Numbered from the whole stretch's first letter, positions 12,814 to 26,440 are shown. The stretch is DNA of 63,103 bases, filler included, from Squatina squatina (GCA_031763465.1; 4 parts of 4 records of this genome joined end to end with filler, not necessarily neighbours in it), one strand, 5' to 3'. Notes: a model not told the origin generated them from the sequence alone. Numbers and translations are program-made.

Positions 12814-15789
12814 NNNNNNNNNNNNNNNNNNNNNNNNNNNNNNNNNNNNNNNNNNNNNNNNNNNNNNNNNNNNNNNNNNNNNNNNNNNNNNNNNNNNNNN
12901 NNNNNNNNNNNNNCAAGTGTTACAAAACAGATTGGTGCTGAAATATTCAAGCAAAGCAACCATGAAATAATAATAAGGATCATGGGAATGTTACACATGT
13001 TTTATTGATCGGTCAATGAAAAGTTAATTTACAAAGACCCAACTCATCAAGCAGCGGTATTAAAAAGAGTGTCTAGCAATCATTAGTAAACTACTTGGTA
13101 GCTCGTCTTTGCCCCACAGCAGTCACACTTGGGCTGCTTTTGTATCATTGTGGCTCNNNNNNNNNNACCATCGAGACGGGCCATTCCTAACAGGCTGTGA
13201 CCAACTGTACTGGCAGCTGCTGTAGCACAGGCTCCGCACACTCTGTGGCAGGAACCCTCACCATTTGCATTCAGAAGTAGTTTATAAAAAGAAAGGAAGA
13301 AACCATTGGGACTGATGAAAGAGAGAGAGCCTATATGATTGATACAATAAAAAAAAGGAAATATACGAGGACTAATTTGAAAAGAAAGAAAATAAATGAA
13401 AGAAGCAAGAAATAAGATATTGAGAAAGGGGAAAGACAGACATGTTTGGGGAAGGAAACAGAGTGAGGGGAGGATGAGCCAAAAAGAAACAGGAATTAAA
13501 TAGTTTATGATGAAAGGAGGGACCTGGGTTCAAAGAAGGGAGATTAACTTGTAGAGAAGAGAAATAGTGGATAAAGAAAGAGAAATATGTGGAGAAGATA
13601 ATTGTGTTAGAGAGGTCAAGAGTTGTGGATGAGAGAGAAAAAACAAGGGTGAAAAGGGATGTGGTATCATCCATTTGGTTAAAATGCTACAACAGTTAAT
13701 ATCTCTCCACCTCTGTAACGAAGTGAGGTAGTTCTGAGCAAACCATCAAGAACTACAAAACTTACCACGAAAGTGCTAGTATTTTCTGCTGTAAGTAAAA
13801 CCACACAGTAATTCTAAACATTATAATTCAATTCGTTGTGTTGTATGGTGAAATGCATTTTAAATTAAAAATTCTGATCTTACGCTTAGGTGAGTTCTAT
13901 TATAAGATGTACTTTGCCCTCTTGATTGCATTACTGCTTTACAACTTATGCCTAGATAGTCACGTGCTTGGTCAGTCAGCACCTGTGTACATCGAACCTC
14001 CCTGCCAACGAAGGACTTAATACATGTCTGTAAATCATTCCTGCCCACCTATTATTGTGGATCATATATACAGGTACCTTTTTTCTTACATCTCTTCATG
14101 AAAAATGACCAGCTTTATATCAGGGTGAGCTGATGACACGGGTGAAAAGATATTGCTAATGTAGAACAATGACTGTGCAATTCCAGAGGTGCAATAACAC
14201 AATACAAGTCTAATGTTGGAGGTGCAGAATTACATGAAAATAATATGAACATTCTCATACCATTCTGGCATGGATTGCAGGGATATAATTTTTGGAAAGT
14301 GCAAGTTGATAAAAGAATTGTGCACATAATACTGGTAATATATCTTTATTGCAAGCTTTACAAAGGACACACAAATTTCTTGTATATTTGCTTGTCCCCA
14401 AAGTAGCATTATGTATAAAAGGACAGTCCCATTGTGCTGTAAACAAAAGGATAATAAATGCTTTGTTCTGTATAGATCAGCAACAGCATTAAACTTCTAT
14501 TCCAATGTGAATAAACAATGATACTTGCATTTATATAATTGCTTATGATGTTGAAATGTCTCACAGCACTTCACACTGGAAATTTTATGTGAATGTTAAA
14601 TAACAATATTAAAAATAGAACTCAGGAAGAAAACAGACAAATATATATAATTATTTCACAAATACAAAATTAGAAAGACTATTATTTGCAATTTATTCAG
14701 AGAATATGGTAAATTATACTATTCTTATCAAAATTGTGGAATATTTTAAAGGGTTTTAAACTATTTGGATATTCAGCATTCAAAGGGTTAAACCCTTTGG
14801 CTCTGAAACAAATTTCCAAATGAACAAGATTTATTTTCATAAGGGGTACATAAACCTTATTAGTGTGTAACATTGTGGAAGTTTGCTTTACTGATATGCT
14901 AGAGTAAATGTTTGAATAGTTAAAGAATGTAATGTCAACACTTTGCAAATATTTACAATCAAGTTTACATATTGGCTGNNNNNNNNNNNNNNNNNNNNNN
15001 NNNNNNNNNNNNNNNNNNNNNNNNNNNNNNNNNNNNNNNNNNNNNNNNNNNNNNNNNNNNNNNNNNNNNNNNNNNNNNTTCGAAGCAATTGTAGTTTCAA
15101 ATTGAATACACCTGTATTCTGCTCGATTATATTTAAGAATTTTGTTAGATGTAAATGTTCAGCAACTATCCTACTGAATGAATGGAGAAGTTTCTTGAAA
15201 TTTGTATGAGAAATATTCTGTACATATTTTATAACAAATGGAAAATGGATATTCGAGGGCTGCTGCCCATATAAACTGAAAATTACCAACACAACTAATT
15301 GACGTGCAACTACAGTTTGACCAAAACCCACTCTTTGAATGTGTAAAACTGTACCACCCCTTTTATTACAAGCAAGAGCTGTGCCCATTAAAACCAATGC
15401 TTTCTCTATTTACACTATAGAAATATTCTGCCTGTGGTTTATAAACTATAGTAATTTACTCTTACTTTGATACCCCAGCTGTTGCTGTTCATTTCATTTG
15501 TTGCAGTCATTGTATTAAGAAGCTGGTCTGACTATTATGCTGCACAAATTATAGGCAGGACCAAAAGATCGAACTTATCCTTCCGATAGATTTGCATGCT
15601 CAGGACAGCATATCTGAGGTCAGTAGTCATTGGGTGTCTGGGTGCTTTTGACACTTAAAGTGGCACAGTTGTGTGAAATGTTAAACCTTTACTTTTTATT
15701 TGCAACTAAGAAGATTGAGACTAGCAAAAAGTTTACTGTATTCATGTGTGCTTCAGCTAATATATAGAGCATGTAAAAAGACTGGTGGT

Positions 15790-16403
15790 TTACACCCCCG
15801 TCTCAGCTCATCTGCTGCTAAAACCCTTGTTCATGCCTTTGTTACCTCAATACTTCATGATTCCAATGCTCTCCTGGCTGGCCTATCACATTCTACTCTC
15901 TGTAAACTTGAGGTCATCCAAACACTGCTGCCTGTGTCCTAACTCGCACCAAAAATTGGGGGAACATTGACCATCACTCCTGCGCTCACATCAGTTAAGC
16001 AGCGCCTCGATATTGCTCATCCTTGTTTTCAATTCCCGTCACAACCTCACCCATCTCTATCTCTGTAATCTTCTCCAGCCCTACAACCCCCCGAGATATC
16101 TGCACTGCTCCAATTATGGCCTCTTGAGCATCTCTGATTTTAATTGCTCTACCATTGGTGGCCGTGCCTTCAGCTGCCAAGGCTCTAAGCTTTGGAATTC
16201 CCTCCCTAATCCTCTCTGCCTCTCTGCCCCTCTTTCCTCCTTCAAGATGCTCCTTAAAACCAACCTGTTAGACCAAGCTTTTGGTCACCTGCCCTAAAAA
16301 CCCCTTATGTGGCCCAGTGTGAAATTTTGTTTGATAATGCTCCTATGAAGTGCTTTCGAATGTTTTACAAAATTAAAGGTGCTATATAAATAAATTTGTT
16401 GTT
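15790..16403 (+). mobile_element. L2-type LINE 3' end
   Basis: AAKTLVHAFVTSILHDSNALLAGL and GGRAFSCQGSKLWNSLP...SFKMLLKTNL motifs, plus the tail aaaggtgctatataaataaatttgttgttg. Confidence 0.8.
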
Positions 16404-16909
16404 GTGAAATAAGCCACTGAATGGCGTCAGCTGTATAACTCATGGCCATCAGATGCATGAGTGAGCTCTGGCAGTCATCAATGACTGATGTGTTACACGG
16501 GAGTCCCAAGTCTGTTGTTTGTTCTATTTATTTATAACAAGTTTTTGTCTTTTGGATTTAAATAATTTTTCACTTTGTTTTTTTATTGGATGATTACTTC
16601 CTTACTGTCCCAAACTGGGGTAGAAGCATTTCAGCATATTATAAATGGCATGGCATTTTAAACATCAGTTATTATTCTGGTACATGTTGACCCCATTACT
16701 AATATTAAGACAGCTTTGAGCAGAAGGATGGAATTGCATGGGCAAAACTGGGAGGTCAACTCAGGGGGTTGGAATCTGCAATCTCAACTCAATTGAACCA
16801 ATGAATTTTGACTTTCAGGTCTCCAAGCTGTGCAGAACACATGACGCGAGCTGAGCTGTATTTAACGGACAATTAACATATGGAAGTTGAGGAGTTTGGG
16901 ATGGATAGT

Positions 16910-17580
16910 GTACATAGAGCAAGGGCAGCATCCAGCTTCAATGACGCATCACTGGAATCACTGCTGGGTGCAGTCAGGAGCAGGAGAGACATGCATTTCT
17001 GCAGCAATGGAAGGAAGAAATCTGCTGCTCTCACCAAGAAGATGTGGTTGGAGGTAGCTGAGGAGGTGAACAGCAGGAGCTTTGTGCAGTGGAGGAAGCT
17101 GTTTAGTGACCTAACCAGGCCATGAAAAGTGACTACATTTGCTGAGTCAACTGCATCATGTGCTTTAAGCACCACACCCCACTTCCACTCTGTCTGGCCA
17201 AGTGTTCTCCATCACATTATTCCTCAGGCCCACTCAACTTTCAGCAGCACCAGCCTGTACTTTCTATGCCCTTCCCCATGTATCCATCCATTGTTATCAC
17301 TCACCACAATCCTTATGCAATATGATGCAAGTGTCTCATTGTCATCCTCACCGAATGCACTCCGTCCATCAGGTGAATAGCTAACACTCAGTTACTCACA
17401 GATCTGTTTTTTTGCTCCTTGTAGGAGAAGCGAGCGCAAAATACAAGAGAGAGGACTTAAGGTGGACCATCACAAATAGTCCAGCTAGGTGATACAAAGG
17501 AAGAGGTCCTGGAGGTACGTGGCACTTCTGCGTTCCTCTCAGTCAGAGATGGGGGAAAATGGAGCTTGCAGATAGCTGGT
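16910..17580 (+). mobile_element. Harbinger/PIF transposon Myb/SANT-like gene relic, with probable intron 17129-17424
   Basis: SFNDASLESLLGAVRSRR...LTKKMWLEVAEEV...WRKLFSDL (Myb/SANT-like), gt at 17129, polypyrimidine-tag acceptor ending 17424, then EKRAQNTRER. Stops present. Confidence 0.6.
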
Positions 17581-17736
17581 GACAACAACAACAACTTGTA
17601 TTTATATTTTTAATGTAGTAAAACATTCCAAGGCACNNNNNNNNNNNNNNNNNNNNNNNNNNNNNNNNNNNNNNNNNNNNNNNNNNNNNNNNNNNNNNNN
17701 NNNNNNNNNNNNNNNNNNNNNNNNNNNNNNNNNNNN

Positions 17737-17861
17737 CTACGGACCGGGTGCTGGAAGGTGGGATTAGAATGGGTACCTAGTTGTTCTTCGAGCCGGCACG
17801 GACACGATGGGCCAAATGGCCCCCTTCTGTGCTGTATCTTTTCTATGGTTCTATGGTTCTA
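17737..17861 (+). mobile_element. CR1 3' tail
   Basis: gccggcacggacacgatgggccaaatggcc...ttctatggttctatggttcta octamer tail. Confidence 0.7.
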
Positions 17862-17904
17862 CAGTTTGTTGTCCTGGTAATGTTGTACTTGGTGTCACCC
17901 CAAA

Positions 17905-18334
17905 CCCTCTGAATTAGAAGGCCATGTCTTTAAGCCCCTCTCCAGAGACCTGCGCACATAACCTAAGCTAATACTTCAGTGCAGTATTGAGGGAATGCTG
18001 CATTGTTGGAGGTGCCATCTTCTGGATGAGAAATTAAACCGGGGTCCTGTCCGACCTCTCAAGTGGGTGTAGAAGATCCACTGCACTACTTGAAGAAGAA
18101 CTGCGGAGTTCACCTAGTGTCCTGACCATTTTTTATCCCTCAACCAACACCATTAAAAGCAGATTTTCTAGTATTTATCTCACTTCTGTTTGTGAAACCT
18201 TGCTATTGCCAAATTGGCTGCCATGACTCCCAACATTAAAATAGTGGCTACACTTCAAAAGTACTTCAGTGGCTGTGAAGTGCTTTGGTAGGTGTTGAAG
18301 GTTTGAAAGGTACTATATCAATGTAAGTTCTTTC
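17905..18334 (+). mobile_element. Deu-domain tRNA-SINE (SacSINE1/AmnSINE1-like)
   Basis: ggatgagaaattaaaccgggg Deu core and tail tgaaaggtactatatcaatgtaag. Aligns by eye to 55947-56391. Confidence 0.75.
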
Positions 18335-19285
18335 TAAACTTATTTCAGATTTGACTCATTCAGAATTTCTTCTGGCTGAATGAAGGATGTCGGCATAGAT
18401 ATATCTTGTTACAAAGGAACCCAGTTCTAAGTTCAACAGAGATGCAGTCTGTTCCAAACTAGTCTATTGACTACACAATTAATTCAGCTGTAATGCCTGT
18501 ATACGTCAGCATGTGACATATGACTATAAATCAGGGGAGAGGCATGGGATGGATAAATAATTGCGTAGGTACAAGCTTGTACACGTGCAGTTATTTACAG
18601 CTGCATCCAGTGCTGTATAATAATATGAACAGGACAGTTTCTACAGCACCAGGAGTGGGAAATCACTTCCTGAAGAATCAAATGCACCATTAATTCACTG
18701 GCAGGAGACAGCACCTGCATAAAAATTTGTTTGATCTTTTAGTCCGACTGCTTAGCATGAATGGCAAGTTTTGGTGACCTTTCAGAGTGAGACAGCTGTT
18801 GACAGGAGCGAATGTCAGTAACACACCCATAGACATGTGCAATATAATGTGTTAAAATAAGCACAGTTTTAACAAGCCTTAGGGCACAATGCCCAAGTAA
18901 ACATAAACGCTGAACACTCCAAATCTCATGGAACATTTTGTACTACCATAGAACCAGTATTTCAAATGGCTACTTACTTTTATGCATCTGTGTACATTCA
19001 TGTGCTACTGAAATAAATGCAGGCAGAAAAAAATGTTAAATGACAATATTTGCATATTGATTCCTTTAATTATGGTTATGTTGCATGCATGAAAATACTG
19101 AGATGTAGTAATATAATTCCTGACATGTCCAACATAACCAAATTATGACTGATACTAGCCAGTAATACATTTTGTGGTGCTTCTAACTCTAGAACTTGTA
19201 AATTGGAATTATCGATGCAATACTCATTTTCTAACTGAATGCCAATTGCAAAATACAATTAATTAGCTTGATACCCATGTGCTAT

Positions 19286-19387
19286 ATAGAAACATAGAAA
19301 CATAGACATGGAAGATAGGAGCAGGAGTAGGCCATTCGGCCCTTCAAGCCTGCTCCGCCATTCAATGAGATCATGGCTGATCTTCCA
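19286..19387 (-). mobile_element. CR1 3' tail
   Basis: atagaaacatagaaacataga...ggagtaggccattcggccct is the reverse of the CR1 tail. Confidence 0.75.
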
Positions 19388-19487
19388 NNNNNNNNNNNNN
19401 NNNNNNNNNNNNNNNNNNNNNNNNNNNNNNNNNNNNNNNNNNNNNNNNNNNNNNNNNNNNNNNNNNNNNNNNNNNNNNNNNNNNNNN

Positions 19488-19622
19488 ATTCCAGATTATT
19501 CTTTTAATTAACTGAATTTAAATTCCCCAGCTGTAGTGGGATTTGAAACTTGATCAATAGTCTGAGCCTCTAGATTACTAGTCCTGCAATACTAGTCCTG
19601 CAAATTAACCACTACACTACCA
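19488..19622 (-). mobile_element. tRNA-derived SINE 5' head
   Basis: Reverse strand has an A-box-like ggtagtgtagtggtta and a B-box-like gtttcaaatccc. Confidence 0.45.
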
Positions 19623-20229
19623 AGTCCCCCATGGTCAGGATTTCACAGGAAGCAGTTTATCTAGAATTCCAGGGCTTGATGGGTGCTGTCAAATCTGATG
19701 AAATAAGCTTTAATCAGATTTTTCTATTCATCTTTTCCTTGTGAATCAGTGATGTCTTGTTTGCTTGTAAGTATGAATTATATTATTTCAATAACTTTAC
19801 AAACATAGACACCATCTGTTCTCTTTTTCTCTTTTGGGCTGAGCATCCTCATTTTTCCAGTTACCAAAAAACCTAGAGGGGTTTTCTTCCCTGGAGGAGA
19901 CTCTTGTGAAAAAATGCAGCCAGTGACAAAACCTAAGTGATGGTTATCATCACTTCAGTAAAATGGTCAGGCATCACCACACGTTGCCCTCAGCCAACAT
20001 CTTGAGATCACTCCATCCTCGGTGACAGGTTAACAGCAGGTCCTTGTCCATTCAGGTCAAACTTAGTTCACTTCGCTTTGGTTGGGGGGAAGGGCATTGT
20101 TTGAGGCTGACGCTGTTTTTTTAACCGAAATGTTAACAGTCTCTGTGAACTGAAGGGGAAAATAACAGTGAAAAGTCAGAAACCANNNNNNNNNNNNNNN
20201 NNNNNNNNNNNNNNNNNNNNNNNNNNNNN

Positions 20230-20241
20230 TTAATTAATTAA
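20230..20241. other. Artificial scaffold linker TTAATTAATTAA flanked by 44 N on each side
   Basis: Palindromic 12-mer with stop codons in all six frames, centred in a 100-nt spacer (44N+12+44N). Occurs three times identically. Confidence 0.97.
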
Positions 20242-20720
20242 NNNNNNNNNNNNNNNNNNNNNNNNNNNNNNNNNNNNNNNNNNNNAGTAAGATTAGAATG
20301 ATTTCCGACAGGAACAATATTATCATTAGTATTCATTGCTCCTTACATTTACCGGGGACCACAAATCTACACCTTCCCTTGTAACCTTTAAATCTTCCTT
20401 CAGTCTTCATTGACAACCCATGGGGCTGTATTATATTGTTGGTAGTACAGGGAGCAGTGCTACCTCATAGGAATTATGATTTTTGACCTACCTTAAAGCA
20501 GTCCATTTATAGACCTGGCACCAAGAGTCCCAGAGACATAGACCAGGGTTCAGGAAGTGGGAGGGGTAAGTGCCCTAAATTGAGCTAGATCAGCAAAGCT
20601 GTTACCTGATCTTCCCCTTTGTGTGGTAATGTAGCTTGTATCGGCTGGAGCAGGGACAAGCAGCCTCCACCTACTTCCCAGCATCAAAGGGCACAAGGAA
20701 CAGCTTATAAAGAAAGAAAG

Positions 20721-21105
20721 AATCCAGGATGTCCAAAAGCACTTTACCGCCAATGGAGCACTTTTGAACCGTTGTAATGCAGGAAACGTGGCAGCCAATT
20801 TGCGCACAGCAAGCTCCCACAAATGTGATAATGACCAGATAATCTGTTTAAATTAGGTTGGTTGAGAGATAAATGTTATCCAGGACACTGGGGAAAGATC
20901 CCCTGCTCTTCTTTGAATTGGTGCCATGGGATCTTTTATGTCCACTTGAGGGGGCAGACGGGACCTCAGTTTAACGTCTCATCTGTTCGACGTCACCCCC
21001 AACAGTGCAGCACTCCTTTAGTATTATACTGGGAGTCTCAATCTGGAGTTTGTGCATAAATGTCTGGAGTGGGACTTGAACCTCTGACTGAGAGCTGAGG
21101 GTGCG
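20721..21105 (-). mobile_element. Deu-domain tRNA-SINE
   Basis: Reverse complement of the 55947 copy (cctcagtttaacgtctcatc; gtgggacttgaacc B-box). Confidence 0.8.
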
Positions 21106-23217
21106 AACACNNNNNNNNNNNNNNNNNNNNNNNNNNNNNNNNNNNNNNNNNNNNNNNNNNNNNNNNNNNNNNNNNNNNNNNNNNNNNNNNNNNNNNNNNN
21201 NNNNNNNNNNAGTCTGGTATGAATAGGACTAACACTGGGGTCTTCCAGTTACAATCTTGAAAGAACTGGAGCTTTTACAGATGTAAAATAGTTTAATTGT
21301 CTTAAAAGAAAGTCAAGCTTTAGTGTTACTCATCCCCTAGAGTCAACATTCAAGCTCAAACACATTAGGCAATACATTTCTAAGATTAAAAGTTCTGTAT
21401 CGATCTAAAGTAATTGTTTTTGTCTTGGTCTTACAAGTTGGCACAAATCCAGCTCTGCATTTTCAGATTCAGCATGTAATTTACGCAGGGAAATAACATC
21501 AGCTGTAATTTAATAAGTGAAGAGCTTGACTTGCGGGGTTGCTACATTGCATTGGCAGTGGACAGCCTCCTGTTTTATCTAACTATCCTATTCTTGGGTG
21601 CTCAGCATAACTTCCTGCCTGGATATCAATTGCAGTTTGTATCTTTTGATACACTTGGTGCGGAAAGCTGTTGACTATTTATTCTCATGCAAAAGAAGCG
21701 ATTGTGAGGCTGCACATGTCATNNNNNNNNNNNNNNNNNNNNNNNNNNNNNNNNNNNNNNNNNNNNNNNNNNNNNNNNNNNNNNNNNNNNNNNNNNNNNN
21801 NNNNNNNNNNNNNNNNNNNNNNTGATTGCGCTCCTGTGAAGTACCTTTTACTACGTTAAAGATGCTATATAAATGTAGGTTGTTGTATGAATGCTGATGC
21901 AAACAAGAAAAACTTTTATTTATGTGCATGAATAAATTCATCCTACATTGGATAAACAAAAGGGAGCATGGTTCACTAATTGGAGCAGCAGCATCATGTG
22001 TCACGTGCTTCAAGTTGTTGATGAAATGCCCTGTAGGCCATGATGCCATTTGTCCCAGTTTAGGCAGTACATTATTGCTCATTGTAGATTGTTTGCCTTA
22101 CTCTGGGTCTGGCATGCTGTGATTCATATCACCCAATTCAGAAATTGTCTAACTATCCTGCTGAGAAAGCAATTTGTTCCACAGTAGGGTGTCAGATAAG
22201 CAGTTGGCCTAAGAAGACATCAAAAGGTGATGCTGAGGAAAGTTATGTTTCTGAGATTTAATGGAAATTCCTACTGAACCATTCTTTTCCCTGTGCCTCT
22301 GTTTGAAATATACATCAGCAAGGCCATGCATATCCATCTCGATTCCCAGATAGACCTGTCAGGTGTCCCACATGGGGTGACAGCCTTTCANNNNNNNNNN
22401 NNNNNNNNNNNNNNNNNNNNNNNNNNNNNNNNNNNNNNNNNNNNNNNNNNNNNNNNNNNNNNNNNNNNNNNNNNNNNNNNNNNNNNNNNNTGACAGCCTT
22501 TCACACTTCCTGCTCCTCGTTACAGAAATCTTGACATCTCACAAACCTAACGTTAATAGTTTTTAACTCTCTGAGGCCTCGGTTGCATTTTTAAACTCTG
22601 TTGCCAAGTAGTTTATTCAGAGAAAATGACCCAGAGATAGCACCCTCCTTCCTTTTTATTTTATCACCTTGCATCATCTGTATTTCAATGTGAGCAATAA
22701 TCGACCCTCTGCAGTGTTCTTATCAATGACCTCGAGCTTTTTGCTCCCTTTAGGTCTGAAAAAAATATAAAGAGGAATTCTTTTGAAGTTTTTTTCAGTT
22801 GACTTTGAAGGAGATTTTTTTGAGCTTTGTTCTGGCAGTAATGCAGCTGAAAGCCAGTATCTGTTTTCATCTACCTAGACATTAAATTATTTTGGTCCTG
22901 CTTCTGTCATCATCTGAGTGCCCTCACCCAACGAGCCCTAGACGGTTTGAAAATTGCCCGACACAGTCCTAGTAAATTGAATAAGCCATAATAAAACTCA
23001 TAACAGGGCTGTCATTCTACGCAGTGTGAGTAATGTTTTAATCCAACATGATAGAAAACCTCTGAAGAAATCCATCAAAATACTAATACCTAGCTGCTCA
23101 GTATTTATTATATCAGATTGTCTTAATATAATTATGCCTTGTAACCTCTCTAAAATGGCACTGAGATCAAATAGTCCAAAATAAAATAGCTGAGGGAAGA
23201 ATTCAAGNNNNNNNNNN

Positions 23218-23605
23218 ATATAGCACCTTTCACAATGTCAGGACGATCTGAGTCATTGTGGTGTTGTAAGCAATGCAGAAGCCAATTTGTGCAAAGCAAG
23301 CTCCCACAAACAGCAATGACCAGATAATCTGTTCTTTTTAGTGATGTTGGTTGAGGGATAAATGTTGGCCAGGACACCAGGATGAATTCTCTGCTCTTCA
23401 GCAAAATAGTGCCATGGTATTTTTTCGTCCAGCTGAGAGGGCAGACGGGGCCTCAATTTAATATCTTATCCGAAAGACGCCACCTCCAGCAATGCCGCTC
23501 TCACTCAGTACTGCATTGAATTGTCAGTCTAGATTTGGGCTCTGGAATGGGACTTAAACCCACAGCCTTCTGACTCAGTCAACACGAGTACTATCACTGA
23601 GCCAA
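23218..23605 (-). mobile_element. Deu-domain tRNA-SINE
   Basis: Runs from the tail atatagcacctttca to the head ccacagccttctgactcag...cactgagcca. Confidence 0.8.
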
Positions 23606-23689
23606 GGGACACCGATAGGACTTCTTGCTGTTTTGCAGTCGGTAGAAACCTATAAGTTATTTGAATATCAATTTTTTACAGTGCATGAA

Positions 23690-23950
23690 TCAGTATATTG
23701 TTCTCTGAGTCATACGGAGCACAAAGTCCCAGTTCCAATCTCTGGCCTTGTGCTGATTTAGCAGATCTTAGCTGGACTGGCAAAGCGGGTACTGCTGTAG
23801 TTTTCAATTTCTGTCCGGTGATAACTCCTGGAAAATGTAAACATGGATTTCAGGTGAGGACAGAACTTTGCTGGCTATGGTGACTCCCCCAGCTGCCATG
23901 GTCAAGTAGCCTTTTAGCATTCATTGTCTAGGCTCAGGCATGAAAGGTAT
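23690..23950 (+). mobile_element. Second SINE-like family, decayed copy
   Basis: Shares blocks with 54957-55270 (tcccag.ttc...ttagc.gat; gtc.ag.ctc...catgaa). Confidence 0.4.
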
Positions 23951-24099
23951 GAACATAAGTGAGGAATCTTTAGAAAGACACTCTAGACAGTAGCCTCAGN
24001 NNNNNNNNNNNNNNNNNNNNNNNNNNNNNNNNNNNNNNNNNNNNNNNNNNNNNNNNNNNNNNNNNNNNNNNNNNNNNNNNNNNNNNNNNNNNNNNNNNN

Positions 24100-24228
24100 G
24101 TGATACCTGCCCTCCTGTACGCATCGGAGGCATGGTCACTGTACAGCAGACACCTCAAAGCACTGGAGAAATACCACCAATGCTGCCTTCGCAAAATCCT
24201 GCAAATTGACTGGCAGGATAAATGCACA
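24100..24228 (+). mobile_element. RTE-clade LINE ORF fragment
   Basis: VIPALLYASEAWSLYSRHLKALEKYHQCCLRKILQIDWQDK is the typical RTE post-RT motif (LLYGSETW...CLRKIL.I.W.D). Confidence 0.7.
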
Positions 24229-24295
24229 AGCACATATATACATAAACTCATACACACACATACACGCACACACACACATACACACACATACACAC
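24229..24295 (+). repeat. Imperfect (CA)n microsatellite
   Basis: cacatatatacataaactcatacacacacatacacgcacacacacacatacacacacatacacac. Confidence 0.9.
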
Positions 24296-26210
24296 CGTTC
24301 CTGCCAGGAAGGCAGGGTTAGAATCAGGGCTAAGATTCAGATCAAGTTCCTATTCCTAACAATTACTATTGCACTTAGTTTGAGTGTAGTAACAATCTTT
24401 TGAAATATTTGTTCGGGCTATGTATCATCAGAGCTTAGTCTGGTGTGGGAGATTTTCTTCCCTTTGTTTACGTAGCTACAACAGCTAGACTAATTCCCTT
24501 TGGTCTTACTCCTCTCAAAGACAATTGTATTGATGGATTTTAGCATCTTCACAATGCCGGATAGGTCTTCCCTTTCCACAAGAGGACATTAGGCACGAGC
24601 TGTCTGTATTAAGAAATCCATATTGAAACAGGAGTGGGTTCAGCCACAGTGATTTAAATGGACTACATCAACCTTTATAGCAGGCACCAGATATAATTTA
24701 TCAGTAAATAGAAACCTCCAGGCCACTGTACATTTACCTGCTACAAGACATTAATTTTCCTTTGCAGATTGCTTACTAAGAGGAGCAATCTAATTTCAAT
24801 GAACCCTTGCATATAGTTTTATTAGGTAGTTATTTCTTTTTTAACACTGAATCTACTGCCCGTGGCGAAAGCCGCCTGCTGTCTGGACAGTTAGCGGTGG
24901 CACCATTGTATGGATTTCTTAGGTTCCCATTCAGTGAGGCCATTTGTCAAAGTCTGGCACTGCATCCAACCCCGAGAAGCTGAAAGTGCCTTTGATAAAT
25001 GATTGGGCTGGCAATGCATTAGCAGTTCACGCATATCTATTGCCTCTGTGACATCTACAAATGGTTTGTAGATTCCTTTTAAAGGGGAACTCAACCTTTC
25101 CTCAAGAGATGGGCTTTGTGATTAAAGGTCAACCACCTTTACCTTTAAAAATCACCAGCCCTGTTCTCAAAACCTTACACAGGTTCTCGAATATAATTTG
25201 CATCATTTTGTTGTTGCATAGGTTGCATTTCCTATTTTAATCTTTTGTGTCCATAATATATGATATTTAGAATGTTGCCTCCTGCAGGTACATTGCAGTA
25301 CTGGCATTAAAAAATATATATTTCAGGAAGGATTCCAGTGTTTCGACCAACCTGAAGGCAAACTCAAAAAGAGCCTTTCCACAGTGTTGGTGGGTGGAGG
25401 GGCAGAAGTGTCCAGTGAAACAAGTAAAAATCACACCACAACATAAAAGCCATTAACTTCTGAAAATGACAGACCAACGTTAAAGTGATTGCCTTTCTAC
25501 CTGAAAGCGTGATTGTTTTTGAAAATGACTGGGAGTCTCCTATTAATGTTTTATTCTGTTATGCATTTCGCTGTGCAGCATGGGTTGTAAACCTCTGTGG
25601 TTTCTTTCATTGTAAATTCAGTTACTCAGATAACCTCTAGAAATTTGAACCTTCCTGAGGAACACAGGTCCAGGAGCTTGCCATCATAAAGGTCATTAAG
25701 CAGTTCATGAAATGCATGGTTCTTTATTCTTTCATCTACAGATCCTAAGTCTATACTTAAACTTGAAAGGTTTCTTCCCCTCAAAAAGCAACAGGTTTTC
25801 TAATTAAATTGTGTTAGTCTGGAGCTGCCCTGAACAGGGGTCATGGGTCCCCAGTTGGATTGAACCGCGCTGGCAATATAAGCTGCTAAATAGGGATGAT
25901 TTTTGTGCCGTTTTTGCACCTTTGTGTTAAGTTGCGGTATTGGCCTCTTTAACTTTTGTTTCAGGCGGGATCTAAATGGGGCTCAAAATCATCGTAAATG
26001 GGTGCAGATGTGGTGCTAAGTGGGCACAATTGTTTCCATGGGACCAATTCATCAATTTAGCTGATCAGGATCAAGCATTTCCCAGCCCACCTCAGCCCTT
26101 AAAGGCAATGTTTGCAGTGAGTGAATCACTGCTATAGTCAGTCAGCTTGAGCCAGGGGAGTAGTGAAGGCTGTGTAGAGTGTCTGAGCCCTTTGTTTTTG
26201 TTACAAAGGG

Positions 26211-26440
26211 ATGGTGAGTGGTGGAAAAGGGGCCAGGGTGCCCAAGTTTTCAGATACAGCCCTGGAAACTCTTGTGTCAACCGTGGAGAGGAAGGCGGAC
26301 AGGCTGTTTGCCAGGGACGGAAGAAAGGGGAGCGCCCAACTTCTTAGGGGCTTGCGAGCGATGTGTGGGCCTCTGATGTGGTAGCGTGCACAAGACATCA
26401 ATGTCATAAGAAATTTAATGATCTTTCTTGTTTAGTGAAG
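26211..26440 (+). mobile_element. Harbinger/PIF Myb/SANT-like exon relic (second family)
   Basis: ARVPKFSDTALETLVSTVE..., then a frameshift, then TRHQCHKKFNDL..VK and a donor gtgagt at 26441. Confidence 0.55.
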
